Source: Chrysomallon squamiferum (lineage: Eukaryota; Animalia; Mollusca). Taken from it: a DNA stretch of 64,000 bases. Under the pieces are notes generated by a model. The model had not been told where the DNA came from and did no database searches. It saw nothing but the letters and a program-made list of their open reading frames with translations. Numbering within the stretch: position 1 is the stretch's first letter; each line of letters starts with the position of its first letter. Positions 43,670 through 59,119 of the stretch are shown piece after piece. Both the position numbers and the translations under genes were made by a program. Location: contig CM022666.1 in the NCBI GenBank assembly GCA_012295275.1, positions 1,984,001 to 2,048,000 on the forward strand. The letters are read 5' to 3'.

Positions 43670-44340
43670 GTAATAACTCCAGTAATAAAAGCAGCAATAA
43701 CAGATGTAGTAGAAGTAGTAGTAACTGTAATAATAATTATTATAATAACAGTAGTAGTTGTTGTTGTAGTAGTAGAAGTAGTAGTATTAGTAGTTAGTAA
43801 AAATAATAATAATAGTAGTAATGTAATAACAATAACAACAACAACACCAATAACAGTAGCAGCAATAATAACATTATTATTATTGTTATTATTATCATTA
43901 TTATTATCATTATTATTATCATTATTATTGATGATGATGATGATGAAGATGATGGTGATGATGTAATTGATCAAAAGTGTTCGATTCAAATCCCCGTCTT
44001 CTTTTCAACCATTACTTTTTATATTTTTTTCATTTATTTATTTATTTATTTTATTGTATTAATTTATTTATCCTAATACCAATTTAGAAAAGCAGATATT
44101 TAATATAAATAAAAACTGTTCTGGTGGTTCTGACTTACATACTTAATACGACTTAGATCTAGCTATTTTAATATCTGTGTTACAGATATGTTATTACTTG
44201 CTTACCCATTTACTTACTTATGAATTCAGTTAGTAGTCACGAGCGACTTCAGAAAGAGGTTAAGTGACTAATTGTTATAATCATTGAAATGAACAATGCT
44301 TGTGACAAATTAACACGGGATATTTATGGGGAAGGTTAAG

Positions 44341-44392
<52 letters not shown>

Positions 44393-44411
44393 ATGAGAGA
44401 GAATGAGTGAG

Positions 44412-44486
<75 letters not shown>

Positions 44487-45470
44487 AATAGTAAGGTATA
44501 ACGTTTGTTTATTTGTTGTTGTTTTTACATATTTTCATATAACACAGTCGAACGGGTGAGAGATTGATACAAAAAAAATTATCGGAGAGCAGAATACAGT
44601 GGAATTACTCTCCTTGAATGATTTTTCATAACCCATGACCGAAATCAAAATCACCCTCAACAGATTAGGAATAGCTTAAACAGATCAGGCATAAACAACA
44701 ACAATATAGATATATATATATATCTATATACACAGACACACACACTAGATTCCCGACAACATTTGATAGCGCGATAACGTGAAACCCAATACAAGAAATG
44801 TATCTTCAATGACAGCTCAGAAACGATTTACGACCGATCGTATAACAATTTCACACCTCAGTACTTCTGAGGGGTTGGTTGGGTGGGCATGTGTTTTCTT
44901 GTCCCTCGTTACTTCCACATCAACGTCGACGTCGCCTTCAACGGACACTTCACGGACGTCATTGTAGCCGCTGCTTCAATAGCGATTTATTTATTAACAA
45001 TCGCTGTTTAACACACCGCACCCGCGCGACCTACGCACAAACAAAATAACGCATCGAAGTGTCGAACTGTATATCGTCTTTTGTCGAGTTAAGACGAACA
45101 TTATCTGTATGTGCTTTGGAATGACCCGCGGCGCTATCTTTTATCGCGGAACAAAGGATGTATTCATGCGCGACATGAGACACCGCTCATATTGAGTGAG
45201 GTTTTTTTGTGTGTAGTTGAGTTTATGGCGCTCCGGCGACTAACATAAATATATAAGTAGATAATGAAGTGTTTGATGACGGCGTTTATAATGCCGTCAG
45301 TTTGAAGTCGACACGACAACGGCAACATAACACACACACACACACCGTAAAAGTAACGGAGATAGGTTTTGTGTCGGTGACTCGTTCGCGGACAGTGAAA
45401 TAGTCTCGTTTTTTTTTTTTTTTTTTTCTTTTCTTTAAATAAATAAATAATAGCAGTAATACTACTACTA

Positions 45471-45506
<36 letters not shown>

Positions 45507-45712
45507 ATAATAATAATAATGATAATAATAATAATAATGATAATAATGATAATAATGATTAAATTAATAGTAATAATAATAATAATAATAACATTGTTAA
45601 TAATTATAGTAATAATAATATTACAATAATAAAATACTACTACTACTAATAGTAATAAAAAAAAAATAATAACATTAATAATAATAACGACATTAATAAT
45701 GGAATAATAATA

Positions 45713-45743
<31 letters not shown>

Positions 45744-47861
45744 CAATAATAACAATAATAATAATAATGGTTTAGTCATCATCTTGATACTGCAAGGTGT
45801 ATGGATTATACTCTGGTAATGATTCTAAGTCAAACTTAAAATATGAATGAGTTCGTAAAACATTTCCCATAATTTAGATAGGATAGTCAAAATCAAGAAC
45901 CCTTAACTTAAAGTGTTTCGGTGAAAAACATAATTATAGAAAGTCCATCCTAACATTTTTGGAGAAGGGGCGTTGAAAACAAGAAGAAAATAACCTTTTC
46001 GCTTACAGTTAAAAATGTGTTCAGTATTTAGTGATTTTCGAAATAATTTCTGTAATGTATCTCTGAATGAAAGGCAAAACTGTTATGGTCGAACGTGTAT
46101 CTGATTTCTGTGAGATTTTTTTCTTTGGTTGTTGTTGTTATGGGTGGTTTTGCTCTGTGTGTGTGTGTGAGTGTGTGCGTGTGTGTGTGTCTGTGTGTGA
46201 GTCTGTGTGTGCGTGTCTGTGCGTGCGTGTCTGTGTGTGTGTGTGTGTGTGTCAAAACGGTAATACAATACACGGCGAAAGAACAAAGCTGTACTGAAAT
46301 ACGTCTGCTGGTGCAATCCTCTTTGAAGTGTTTGACCTGCAGATAATTTAAGGAAAGGTACACTTAGTCAGATCTCCAAGAAGACGTAACAAAATGTACC
46401 CAAAGTCTGCGGGTTTCAGGATGAAGGTCTTTGACGTTCGTTCTCTCTTGTTCATGTTTTTTTGTGCATACAAATTCTTGAACAAGCACCAAAAGTGCGG
46501 CATGTGTTCTTATTAAAAATTGTTCATCCAGAAAAGTAAAAGTTGTTTTTATCTGAATGCAGAATGATTCTCGTTATATTATTTTGAAATGGTTAATTTA
46601 AGAACACAGTCGCAAAATGACAAACAGAATTTCAATCATAAACCTAGGAAGATTTAAAAACAGCCAGAAAAAAAAAAAAAAAAAAAAAAACCCATTAATA
46701 TCACAAACGTTATTGTATTCAAATACAAAAATATTTTTGTGTTCTAACTGAATCAGTCATTTGGGAAAACGGGGAACAGAAATACCAACAGATTATCAGA
46801 CAGACAGACAGAAATATTAGAAGTAAGCCAGATAAAAAACACCCATTAATGTCACAAACATATTATTAAAAGTATTTCAGGGTCCTATTTGAAATAGTCG
46901 TACAGAAAACGGTATCAGAAATACGAATAAAAAAAGACAAAGTAGAGATTGGAAAATAACTAAAAATATATTAAACATTACAAACACTGATATAACTGTG
47001 ATGTTTGTGAATTTGTTGACGTCATTATACTATACACATTAACATTAGAGACACGAATATTACCAAGATGAAATATATCATTACTCCAGACACAAATATT
47101 ACCAAGCGGAAACGTGTCATTACGTCATAATTAGTCTGGGAAAGCAAATTCTTTGACAAAAAGTCTGCATTCGACGTGGAGAGAGAGAGAGAGACTAAAC
47201 AAAAATATACCTTATGACCGACATTCCGAATTAAGCCTAATCGATAATCTCCCTTTGTTAACACTTTTTTTTTTTTTTCTTTTTTTTTTATATTTAGTTT
47301 CGATCACGACTGTACAATTCGTTCGACCGGAGAACACTTACGAACGTGTTTCGAAAGATTCGCCAGATACTTGAGCGCTTTCGACTCCACTGTCCGTCCC
47401 CAAGCACTATCAGCATTCACAGCGTTTTAATAGACTCTTGCGACAGCGCCGCTTTAATTTTGTACATGAGCGAGTCCGCCATTGTTTAGCCTTGCGTTTC
47501 TGATCGGCCTGTCATTGGAGATGAATTGCTACAACTCTCATTGGTTTATAAGCGATTGCTTTTCATTTTGTGTACCCGTGTCTGGGAGTTTTTTGGGTTG
47601 TTTTTTTTTTTTTTTAAGAAAGAATTGATTTAGTTTGCGTTCTGACAATTTTTTTTTTTTTTTTTTTTTTTTTTACCGTGATGTTGATTTTTTTTTTGAT
47701 TTATTTATTGATTTTTTTTTTTTAAATTATTATTACATATTTAAGTACATTTTTGTTTTCTCTTTTTCAGTTTAGACTATATTAGACTATATTTATTATA
47801 TATATATATCTTTTAATATAAATAATTTATATCACACTCAAACGTAGTCAATTTTAATAAC

Positions 47862-47899
<38 letters not shown>

Positions 47900-49310
47900 A
47901 AATAATTATTTCTTTACGTTAAAAAAAAAATCATAATAATCATTAATCATTTTTGAATAAATCGTTTCTTCTGTGCTTGAAAATAAAGGGCATATTTATC
48001 AAATTCTTTCTAAAAGTAATCAAAAGATTTTCCAATTAATTCTGCTAGATTTCATGGAAGTCCTTCAAATTTATTGCTCTGGGTTCAGAAATTAACTATT
48101 TTTAAATACGTCTTTTTTCACTCATTCTGAAGAAAAAAAAAAGCCAACATTTATTGCACAGCGTTCAAACCGTAATGAAGTCATTTTCAGTTATTTTGTT
48201 TTCACGGTTTTTTGGAAGTCTTGTTTTGGGGGTTTTTTTGTTAAAAGAATGCTGTCGAATTCTGCGAAATTAATTTATTTAAAGGGAATCTCCCTTTAAT
48301 TCCGATTTTCACATTTCGGTACAAGACATGTTGCATATTGTTTAGTCATTTTCAATTCATTTTCTAAAATTAATTATCTTCTTTAAAATCTCCTGGTATT
48401 TAAAAGCGTGCTGTGGATTGTTTTTTCTCTGTTGTTGTTGTTGTTTTGTTTTTTTTTTTTTTGTTTTATTGGGTTTTTTTTTTTAGAAATTTATATTTTT
48501 AAAGAGATTCGATCGGAGAAATTTTGGATATCGCATTTGTAATCAAACTTATCCATTTTTTTTTTTTTTTCAAACTTCTTTTTTCCTAAATTACATTCTT
48601 GAACAAATTCACGGGAATATAATCGCTTTTCGTATTCATTACTCTCTTAAAGGGAGTCACTCGTATAATTCAATTTCTGATTTTTTTTTTTTTTTTTTTG
48701 TTCTTCGATTTCTGAATTCATTACTCCGATCAAACTAATCAAATCATTTTTTTTTAAAACCGTTTCCTAAATTACTTTCTTTTAACAAAGTTTTTGGTTT
48801 TAAAGACGCTGTGTCGCTCTTTAAATTACTTTTTTTTTTATTTTTTTTTTCTTAAAGGCAGTCTGTCGTGAATTTTGATTTGTCGATCTATCGTCTCTTC
48901 AAACTAGGTTAATGGTACATACATCTATTACCGTTAATCATCTTACGTGTTTATCAATTAGCTTTTCATTACATTTCCTTACATATTTATTTGTTCCTGC
49001 GAAAAATCGATGGCACGATTACCGTTAAAAGCAAATCACCTAAACAAAAAAAAACAGCTGTTGTAATATCTTTCTTTTTTACTTTTCTTTTTCTTCTCGT
49101 TTTAATGTCTGGATTATAAATACTTTCATTTACAGTATTGGATTTTGTAAAAAAAAAAAAATAATAATAAAAAAAAGCTGTTTGACATTTTTAAATGTAT
49201 TATATCATAGAAATCAATATTTAAATAATTTTCAACTGTTAATAAAACAACAACATTACCAAACTACTGTCAACAACAGCAGCGACAACAATATCATACT
49301 CATCAGTAGG

Positions 49311-49452
<142 letters not shown>

Positions 49453-50342
49453 AATAACAATAACAATTATATGGATAATGACGCTGTTAACCAATACTAA
49501 ATAATGTAAATATTGTTGTTGATGGCTATGCTTCGTGTCCTTAAATAATCATTTGCTTGTACATTATTTAACATCAAAGGCGATAAAGAAATGAATAATA
49601 ACAAAAAATTTAAAAACAAATTTAAATGTACTGCTAAATGGATATTTACAATTATCTGTACATGCTGTTTTTATCCCTCTTTTTATTTTATTTCTTCTCC
49701 TTATTTTTTTTTTTTTTTCTTTTTTCTTTTCCGTTGTGGTGGGGGGGAGGGTCGTGCCATTGTATGTATGTATTGAGGGGGAGGTGCAACTGACATTTCC
49801 CATTTTCACAACATATTTAGATGACTTTTTTTTCCCATTCTGGGTAATGGCTTAATGGAAGCTGGTGACAGCTCCAGATAAAGTACGGCCGCATGAAAAA
49901 TAGATTCGTAGTTTAATGTTATGTTTTTTTTTTTGTTTTTTTTGGTCATTTTTTTTAAATGAATTGAAACTGTTTTACGACTTTCTCTCCTATTTTCGAC
50001 GCACCCATTAATTCGGTCGTTTTCGAATTATGCGCTCGTAAAGCGTTGTAAATTCGAAAATTATGTCCGTGTTGCTTAGTAACGCCAGATTGAGTTCGTC
50101 ATCTTAAACGTGGTGATGAAGCACAGAGCTGCATTCACTGCCCTAACCCGCCAGGGGTCAGTAGATCAATTCTCTTTGAGGGAGATCCATTCTGACCCTG
50201 TAATTTAATGTCTCAGACAAAACATAGATTTTTTTTTTTTTTTGTAAAAGAAACCTCGCTGCTAAGCGTGAGATTTGAGGACATGACAGCTGCGTGTTTC
50301 CTTTCTAACATGTTTGAAACTTGTGTTCAAATGTTCGTAAAT

Positions 50343-50900
<558 letters not shown>

Positions 50901-51320
50901 GCTCTCCCTTTCATCAGTTTCTTTTTAACATGCTCTCTCATTATCTCTGTATTTCATTCCCTGTTTCTTCTTTGCAGAGTTTGTAAAAATAAACCAATAT
51001 TACCTTTAATTATCTTTTGTCTTTTGAAGTAAAAAAAAAAAAAAAAAAAAAAAAAGAAAAACGAAAGAATGTCTCTAATCATGCAGTGTCCTTTCAAGTT
51101 CAGAAAGTGAGCGAAAAATTAGACCTTTAAACAAAGCTTTGAAAAATGTATCACGTTTTGTTGAAATGTAAAGATTTTGTGGGCAGGAGAATGTCAAGTT
51201 TGAGATAATCGCTTGTTTTGATGGCGAAGCGTCCACTCTTTAAGAGATATAATTGTCATCTTCTAATTTATTTTTATGTTGGTATACTATGATTGTCATT
51301 ATTTTACTTTATTTCTATGA

Positions 51321-51364
<44 letters not shown>

Positions 51365-51675
51365 CGTGTGTGTGTGGTTATGTATTAAACTGTTTCTGCA
51401 TGTTTCATTCTTTGTGAATGTTTAGGAAAATAACTGAATAGTCACGTTGTTCTGTATCGCTATCTTTTTCTCTCTCACTCATTCTCTTTTTCACTCACTC
51501 TCTTTGTCTGTCTGTCTACATGTCTGTCTGTCTGTCTGTCTTTTCTATTTAATGTGTATTTCTCTCACGCCATATTATTAGTCTATGAGTCTAGCTACCT
51601 ATCTATATATCCCTAAACGCTTATCTTTATATATATATATATGTCTATCTATATCTATGCCTATTTGTCTGCTGG

Positions 51676-51711
<36 letters not shown>

Positions 51712-52242
51712 TTATCTATCTATATATCTATCTATCTGTATCTAGCTGAATATATTCCTCTTTATACGTCTTTTTCTGCTTTCTCTGTTTCTCTTCTCTT
51801 TTCCATTCGTCTTGTTGTCTGTTTGTTTGTCCTTCTTTCTACCTATCTATCTACATAGGTGAAAACGGTTCTGAGTTCACAGTAGTGAGACTGGATTATT
51901 ACGTTACAAAGACTCGCGTGTGGCTGTACTGAAAGCCTGCGGACTTTGGCATCGATTCTAGAAACTGGGATAGACGAGTACAAAAAAGAGACGTTACGTT
52001 TGACGTGCACAGGAGGGACTGGTTGTTGGTCACTGAGTAACTTTGTGTTAGTCTGAACAGTCAGATCTGAGTAAGAAATAAAATTTCGTGCACCAAAGTT
52101 TGAACTTGTCTGCGAGTCGACATCCATTAATATTTTTTTCTTTCGTTTACTTCTCTCATTTCGTCTCTCTCTCTTATCTCTTTCTTTCGTTCTTTCTCTC
52201 TCTCTCTCTCTCACTCTATCTTTCTCTCTCTCTCCTTCTCTC

Positions 52243-52281
<39 letters not shown>

Positions 52282-52375
52282 CTCTCTCTCTGAATCTCTC
52301 TGACCCTCCTCTGTCTCTCTCTCTCTCTCTCTCTGTCTCCTCCCTCTCTCTCTATTCATTTCTCGTTTATATATT

Positions 52376-52453
<78 letters not shown>

Positions 52454-52860
52454 TTCTTTCTCTGTCTCTCTATCTATCTATCTCTCTCTGTCTCTCTATC
52501 TATCTATCTCTTACTTTCTATCTTTCTTTCTCGCTCTCTCTCTCTGTCTCTCTCTCTCACTCTATCGAACCTTTTTCTTTTTGCCTTTCTTCTCTCGCTT
52601 AATTTAACTTTATTCTTCCATAAGTTGTTCCCATACTCCCGCCAGTAAAACATATATAACTAACCCTGTGCAAACATGCAGTGTTTAAAACCACGGTTTT
52701 GTATTCAGGTGTGTTACACGCTGTTTTTGTAAACACAAACAAACATTAACAGGAACATTTGTGTTTTCTTTGCTGGCAACGGACTTTGCCTGCTTAAGAT
52801 GTATTCACACCGTGTGTTTGTGAGTAACGATAACCACAGAGTGAAAACAAACAATTAAAT

Positions 52861-52941
<81 letters not shown>

Positions 52942-53899
52942 TGAATGACTGTGAGTGAGTGAGTGAGTGAGTGAGAGTGCAGTCATACACCTAACCTTAC
53001 ATTGTTAGTATGTTAAATGGTTAGTGAAAAACAAGAGGTCTTACTCCTCCCTAACCTCTGGGTTGGAGCTCACACCAGGCCGAAAGTTTTAAACAGAGTT
53101 AAGACAAATAAATCGTTATTAAAGATTACACAGTGTGAGCCCACCTTTAAGAACGGTGACGCTATAAAAACGTATTGATTGTGGACACAAGGATACTTGG
53201 ATGTAACAGGTGTATTTTGTTTCAAGGAGTTTTATTTTATTAAGCGAGTTTCTTGCAGATGCTTAAAAAGAACGAGATACTTTGATACATTCCATTTCAA
53301 AATGTCAGAATTTAGTATAGGGTGCAGAGATCCTAAGATTTATGTATTTTATATATATGTATTAAGTAGTAGTTTTAGAAGTTTTAGTAGTAGCAGTAGT
53401 AGTAGTAGTAGTAGTAATAGTAGTAGTAGTAGTAACAGTAGACCTAGTAGTAACAATAGTAGCAATAATAGCAGTTGCAGTAATTGTAGCAGTAGTAGTA
53501 GCAGTAGTAGTAGCAGTAGTAGTAGCAGTAATTGTAGCAGTAGTAGTAGCAGTAGCAGTATTAATAGTAGTAGCAGTAGTAGCAATAGCAGTAGTTGAAG
53601 CAGTTGTAGTAGAAGATGACGTAATAACAGTAAGAACAACAGCAGTTACAGAACATGTCGGCTATATCACGGGAACTGGGAATCGATCTCAGCACGTACA
53701 GATGTTTTATGTGACCAAGCTGTAATAACGCCAGTTCTCGCCAGAACTGGTCATTTGCTGGACAAGTAGCTGACCGCGGCTGTTGAGCCGACAGCTGATA
53801 CTATTTACCTTCCACCGCCATTGACTTGCTAATTACATCAGAAAGAGAGCCACTTAAGTGTGGCGAAATTTGAACTTTGCTTGTGAAAATTACCATGTC

Positions 53900-54055
<156 letters not shown>

Positions 54056-54817
54056 ACGATTGGGAGCAATTTACGGATGATCATTGGGGTCATTATTCAG
54101 TTTTTATTTATTTATTTTTTTCCCCCTTCTTACCTCCCTTTACATAACGTGTTAATGTTAAAGAAGTGCGCACTGCTAATTGAATCATGTATGCATGCGT
54201 TTGTAAGCGTGCATATAAAACGTAAGTAATAAAGTGTGAGAAACAGTTTGACGTGAGTTTACAAAGTGATCTCTCAGACGAACGGTTGTATGTAAGCTGT
54301 TTAACGACATCTCAAATGTTTTGTTGTTAACGTTTTTTTTTTTTTTTTTTTTTTTTGCTCGTAAGGTGTTGTTCATAACAGTGTCGCAAATGAGAAAAGC
54401 ACCTGCTGACGATAAAAGCGCTTCTTATGTAGACTAAAACATCAGAACTTCTTAAAACCGCGAGCAGTCAGAATAATTCCCACACCGAAGAGGGTTTGAT
54501 CCTCCGTACTGCATATCCTCAGACGTACGTTATATCACCGAGATGAAGCCGAATGTATTCCTGACAAATAACTGTTGTAATATTAAGTAGCACGGTCTTT
54601 TAAATGCAGACATCCATAACACAACACGATCTTTAAATAACCAAACTTCAGAACAGCAAAACGTTTGGACTTCAATTACTGATGAAAAAAAAAAAAAAAA
54701 AAGCACTTGTCTATAATAGTGACATTAATGACCCGAACGGTCAACCGTACTTAAAAAGAGAGATTGACCTTCTTTATTGACTTCTTTGCGAGGCTATGCA
54801 AACTCGTGAAAGAAAAT

Positions 54818-54849
<32 letters not shown>

Positions 54850-57699
54850 GTATGTCAATGTATGTGTGTCTATGTGTCTCCTTTTGATACGCTGACGTTG
54901 CTGATGTTCTTTTCAAGACCTCGGAGTTCAAACATGACCTGAAAAGAGGCGATGGTTTACTCTTGTCTGATTCTCGCTTTGAAGAAAGAAGCTGATGCGC
55001 CCGTCGTTAAGACTTTTCAGTGTCTGTGTCGGAAACCCGAACGTCGAATCGAATTCAGAAACGGGATTCTAAGAAAACAAGAAAGAAAGAACAAGGGAAA
55101 TAAAACGATAAAATGAAGGAAGCAAAGAGATGGAGGAAAGTCTGAAGGAAAAATTAAAAGAAGGAAGGAAGGAAAAAAGGAAAGAAGGAAAGAAAGAAAA
55201 TGAAAGAATGAAAGAATGACTGGAAAATAAAAGAATGAAGGAAAGGTTAAAGAAGGAAAAGTTAAAGAATGAAAGAATGAAGGAAAGATAAAAGAATGAA
55301 GGAAAAATAAAAGAATGAAAGAATGAAGAAAACGCAAGGAATAAAAAGAATGAAAATGAACGTGTATGATTGTTTGATGCATAATTTCATATTAATCCAT
55401 TTCGACTGTTAGATGTAGAGTGATACTGTTTATTTCTGTACATTAATATTATCCGAATAATCCTTTATATATATATATAATCTCTTCTTTTTTAAACAAT
55501 GTCAACTGCACACACATATACAGAAAAACAAATACTTATTTACATAAATACAACTTATTTGTGTTAGTACATGTTAATTATATATGACATCTATCTTTCT
55601 TTATGTATATCTCTTTATGTCTATACTGCCTACAAACACGAACATACGAACAATCATATACATACACATACACAGACAAACACAAGCACAACCACATGTA
55701 TACACAGACATTCACATACACACATACACGCACACTCACAAACATACACTGACACTTACACAGTTTCAAACGCACACACACAAACACACACGCACACACA
55801 GGCACACTCACACACAAACACACAGACAAACAGACACACTCCATTACTTACAATAACGCTATTACATCTGAAGCGTTTCCTCAGTTTGCCCGTTCAGCTA
55901 CTACAGTGAGACATGCAGTGCCGTTACACTCGTCACCAACACACACCCCCCCCCATACAGCGATTTATTTTCTACTCGCGGAGTTTCTCAAACAGAACTG
56001 GAGTTTAAAACCGCGCGAACCAGAGGCGTTATTCGTAATAACCGTCACTCGTCAAAATTAATGTTGCCGTCTCCCTTTGAAAGGTTTTGTAGCATGCGAC
56101 AGCAGACCGTATCGAATGTAGAATTGATTAACGAAATACAATTATCCACTCCAGCGAGCAAAACCATCACTGACGTTTTTTTTTTTTTTTTTTTTTATTT
56201 TATTTACCGAGATTGCGGAACATGTTTCGTGTTTGAAGACCATATTGAAATTTTTACTCGATTTATTTTTATAAAAGAATTATTATTTTTTTTATTAATT
56301 TTTATTATTATTTTTTTTTTTTTTTTTTTTTTACTATTATTGTTTTTTTTTTGTTATTCGTTGATTTTTTTTATTATTATTATTATTATTTTTTTTATTA
56401 TTATTATTATCTTTATTATTTTTTTTAATCATTCATTTATTTTTGATTTTCATTTATTTTTTATTATTATTATTATTATTATAGATCTATTTATTTATTT
56501 TTTTATTTATTTTTACTTACGAATTTTACTTCTAAACCGATACTTTGAAGGACAGAAGGGAAAGAAAAATTACACAAAAGAGGAAGGAGATTCTTCTACT
56601 GGGATTACGCACAAAAACTGATTTAAAAAAAAACAAATTAGAGTTTTTTTATGACAGTGTACACAATTACTTTTCAATTATAGTTTGTTATCGATCGAGA
56701 CCAGCAAGGTACAAAGGGGATTCTGCTTACAGTACTTATACTGGAGAATATTAGGACGTAACATACGAAAACATACAGCAAGTGGAAGAAAGGTTTTTCT
56801 GAGTACTTGTGTAGGAAAGGAGGACAGAGGTCATCGTTTTGTCTGACCATTTTCCACATTCTTGTTCAAGATACACAAAATAAAACAATGATTATATATT
56901 AAACAGACAGTTCAAAAGACTGACATACATCGACAGAGTTAAAATCTGAATTGCAAAAGCAGTAAATATGGATTACTTAGTGCGTCAGTACCGAATCTCA
57001 ATCTTAAATGTTTTAACTTCTAAAGTTCATAGGTTTCGCTCCTAACGTTCACAAATGCTAATAGCCGTCGTGGTAGTTGTAGCTGACGACCGCTGGCGTT
57101 GTTCTCGTCGTCTGATAACGGTAATCGCAAAGCACGCGGATTAATCATCGTCACTGATGACGTATCGAACCACCTCGTTCGTTATCGACCGTTTCCGTTT
57201 AATTTCGGAAGCGACTCGTGTCGATCAGTCACGTGGAAAACCCGTGACGTAGAATCAATATTTAAAAGCATATAATCACGATAATAAAGTGCTTCAGCGA
57301 GCATTCCACAGCACGGAGCCAGAAAAAAAAAAGAAGATATATATATATATATATATATGTTTTTATTTTTATTTTTATTAATATTGCCTGCCGTAATGGT
57401 TTAATCCATTCATGCGTGACAAAGAGTCAGTGATGTGTACGGTTATTGTCGTGTTCTGCGCGTGCAACAGATGTTTCAGACAATAACTTCGTGTGCAGCG
57501 AGTATATCGGTTTGATCGGATATGTGAATGTCACGGAAACAGGTGCACGAGTGACACCAAACACGCATGCGCGTCCAAAGCGTTCGATACAAAAGCGTGG
57601 CCTATTGTGTAATTATAAAGTTACTGCTGTACATTTATTTACAGTCAATCGATTCTGACTTGTTGGAAATTAGTTGTTCTTTTATTATTATTATTATTA

Positions 57700-57746
<47 letters not shown>

Positions 57747-58067
57747 GCTGTTATTGTTGTTTATTTTATTGTTATTGTTATTGCTATTGTTGTTACTGTT
57801 ACTGTTATTATTACTATTACTAGTAGTAGTAATAGTAGTAGTATTAGTAGTAGTAGTAGTAGTAGTAGTAATAGTAGTAGTAGTACTATTTTGATGTTGT
57901 AGTTGCTACCATGTTGTAGTAGGCCTGTTAACATCATCATACTTTATTATTAACAAAGACTGAGATGTTGGGAAAAAAGTATTTAGAGTATTCAAATCAT
58001 AATAGTACACTTTACACACTAAATAACTTCTAATAACGATGTTTTATTTTTAATTTTCTAATTTCAG

Positions 58068-58241
58068 ATTACGAAAAAGTTCCATCCCTTTTACTAGTCA
58101 GTAAATCATTTGTCACCCCCGGCATTGTGTCCGGCGTCATCACCATCATCCTCTACGTCATCAAAATAGTGCTGCAGCTACGCAGTCCAACAAAAAGACT
58201 TCATCTCAAAGCTGCCTATCTCACTTTTGCCGCTGTTGCTG
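58068..58241 (+). CDS. Shared internal exon (TM2, intracellular loop, start of TM3); absent from the ORF track
   Basis: Acceptor ttttctaatttcAG|AT and donor GCTG|GTAAGT; 174 nt, phase 1 to phase 1. Reads (D)YEKVPSLLLVSKSFVTPGIVSGVITIILYVIKIVLQLRSPTKRLHLKAAYLTFAAVA(G) with no stop, in frame with both upstream exons. Confidence 0.9.
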
Positions 58242-58873
58242 GTAAGTTGTTTTTACAGTGACTCAGTCTGTTTAGATCATTTAATGGTAAATGTTTAACT
58301 CAGTCTTTATAGGTTTTGTCTTAGCAATTTTCTAACGTTTGATTTTGAAGTAGTCTGTTTTATGGTTTCCCCTCACTTGACCCAGTCTTTATAGATTTTG
58401 TTTTCTGACGTTTCCTAGCGTCTGAAATACCGTGCTATTATTATTAATGATTATGCTTCGGTTATAATGGTCCCCTTATGGCCCAGGCTTTATAGGTTTT
58501 GTCTGTAGTATTTCCCACACATTCGAAGAATCATTGTTGCAGATAAATTTCTCATCATAATTGTCGTTTCACTGTCTGTAGAAGCATACTGTTACGTCTG
58601 ACTGATTGTGAAATGTAGCATAGCATAATATTTTTATATATTGAATTAAGATAAAAGCTGTTCAAAAGATAAAGTGAAAATTTAGAATGGTTGACCATAT
58701 TACTTAGCATGTTTGATTCTTGTGGGATTTTTTTTTTTCTAATTTATATATAAATATATATATATATTGTTTTTATTTTTGTATTATTATTATTTTATAT
58801 ATATATATTGTTTTTATTTTTATTATTATTATTATTTATATATATATATATGTATGTATGTATATATGTATAT

Positions 58874-58911
<38 letters not shown>

Positions 58912-59119
58912 AATCAGAAAACATACATTTCAGTTTCCGAGTTCACCCACATTTAAGTTATTCAAAATAATAATACATCCACATAATATCTTCTTTTTTT
59001 TTAAATATATAAAATTTATTATTATAATTTTTATTTTTTTATTTATTAACATATTTTTATTATTTATTTTTTTTTATTTTATTTTATTTTTATTTTTTTT
59101 ATTATTCCCCTAACCTCAG

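Noticed and set aside
57055-57143. MLIAVVVVVADDRW... as a third variable first exon
   Set aside because: It is too short, lacks SLW and the Cys ladder, and its nearby GT donor is phase 0, incompatible with the constant exon.
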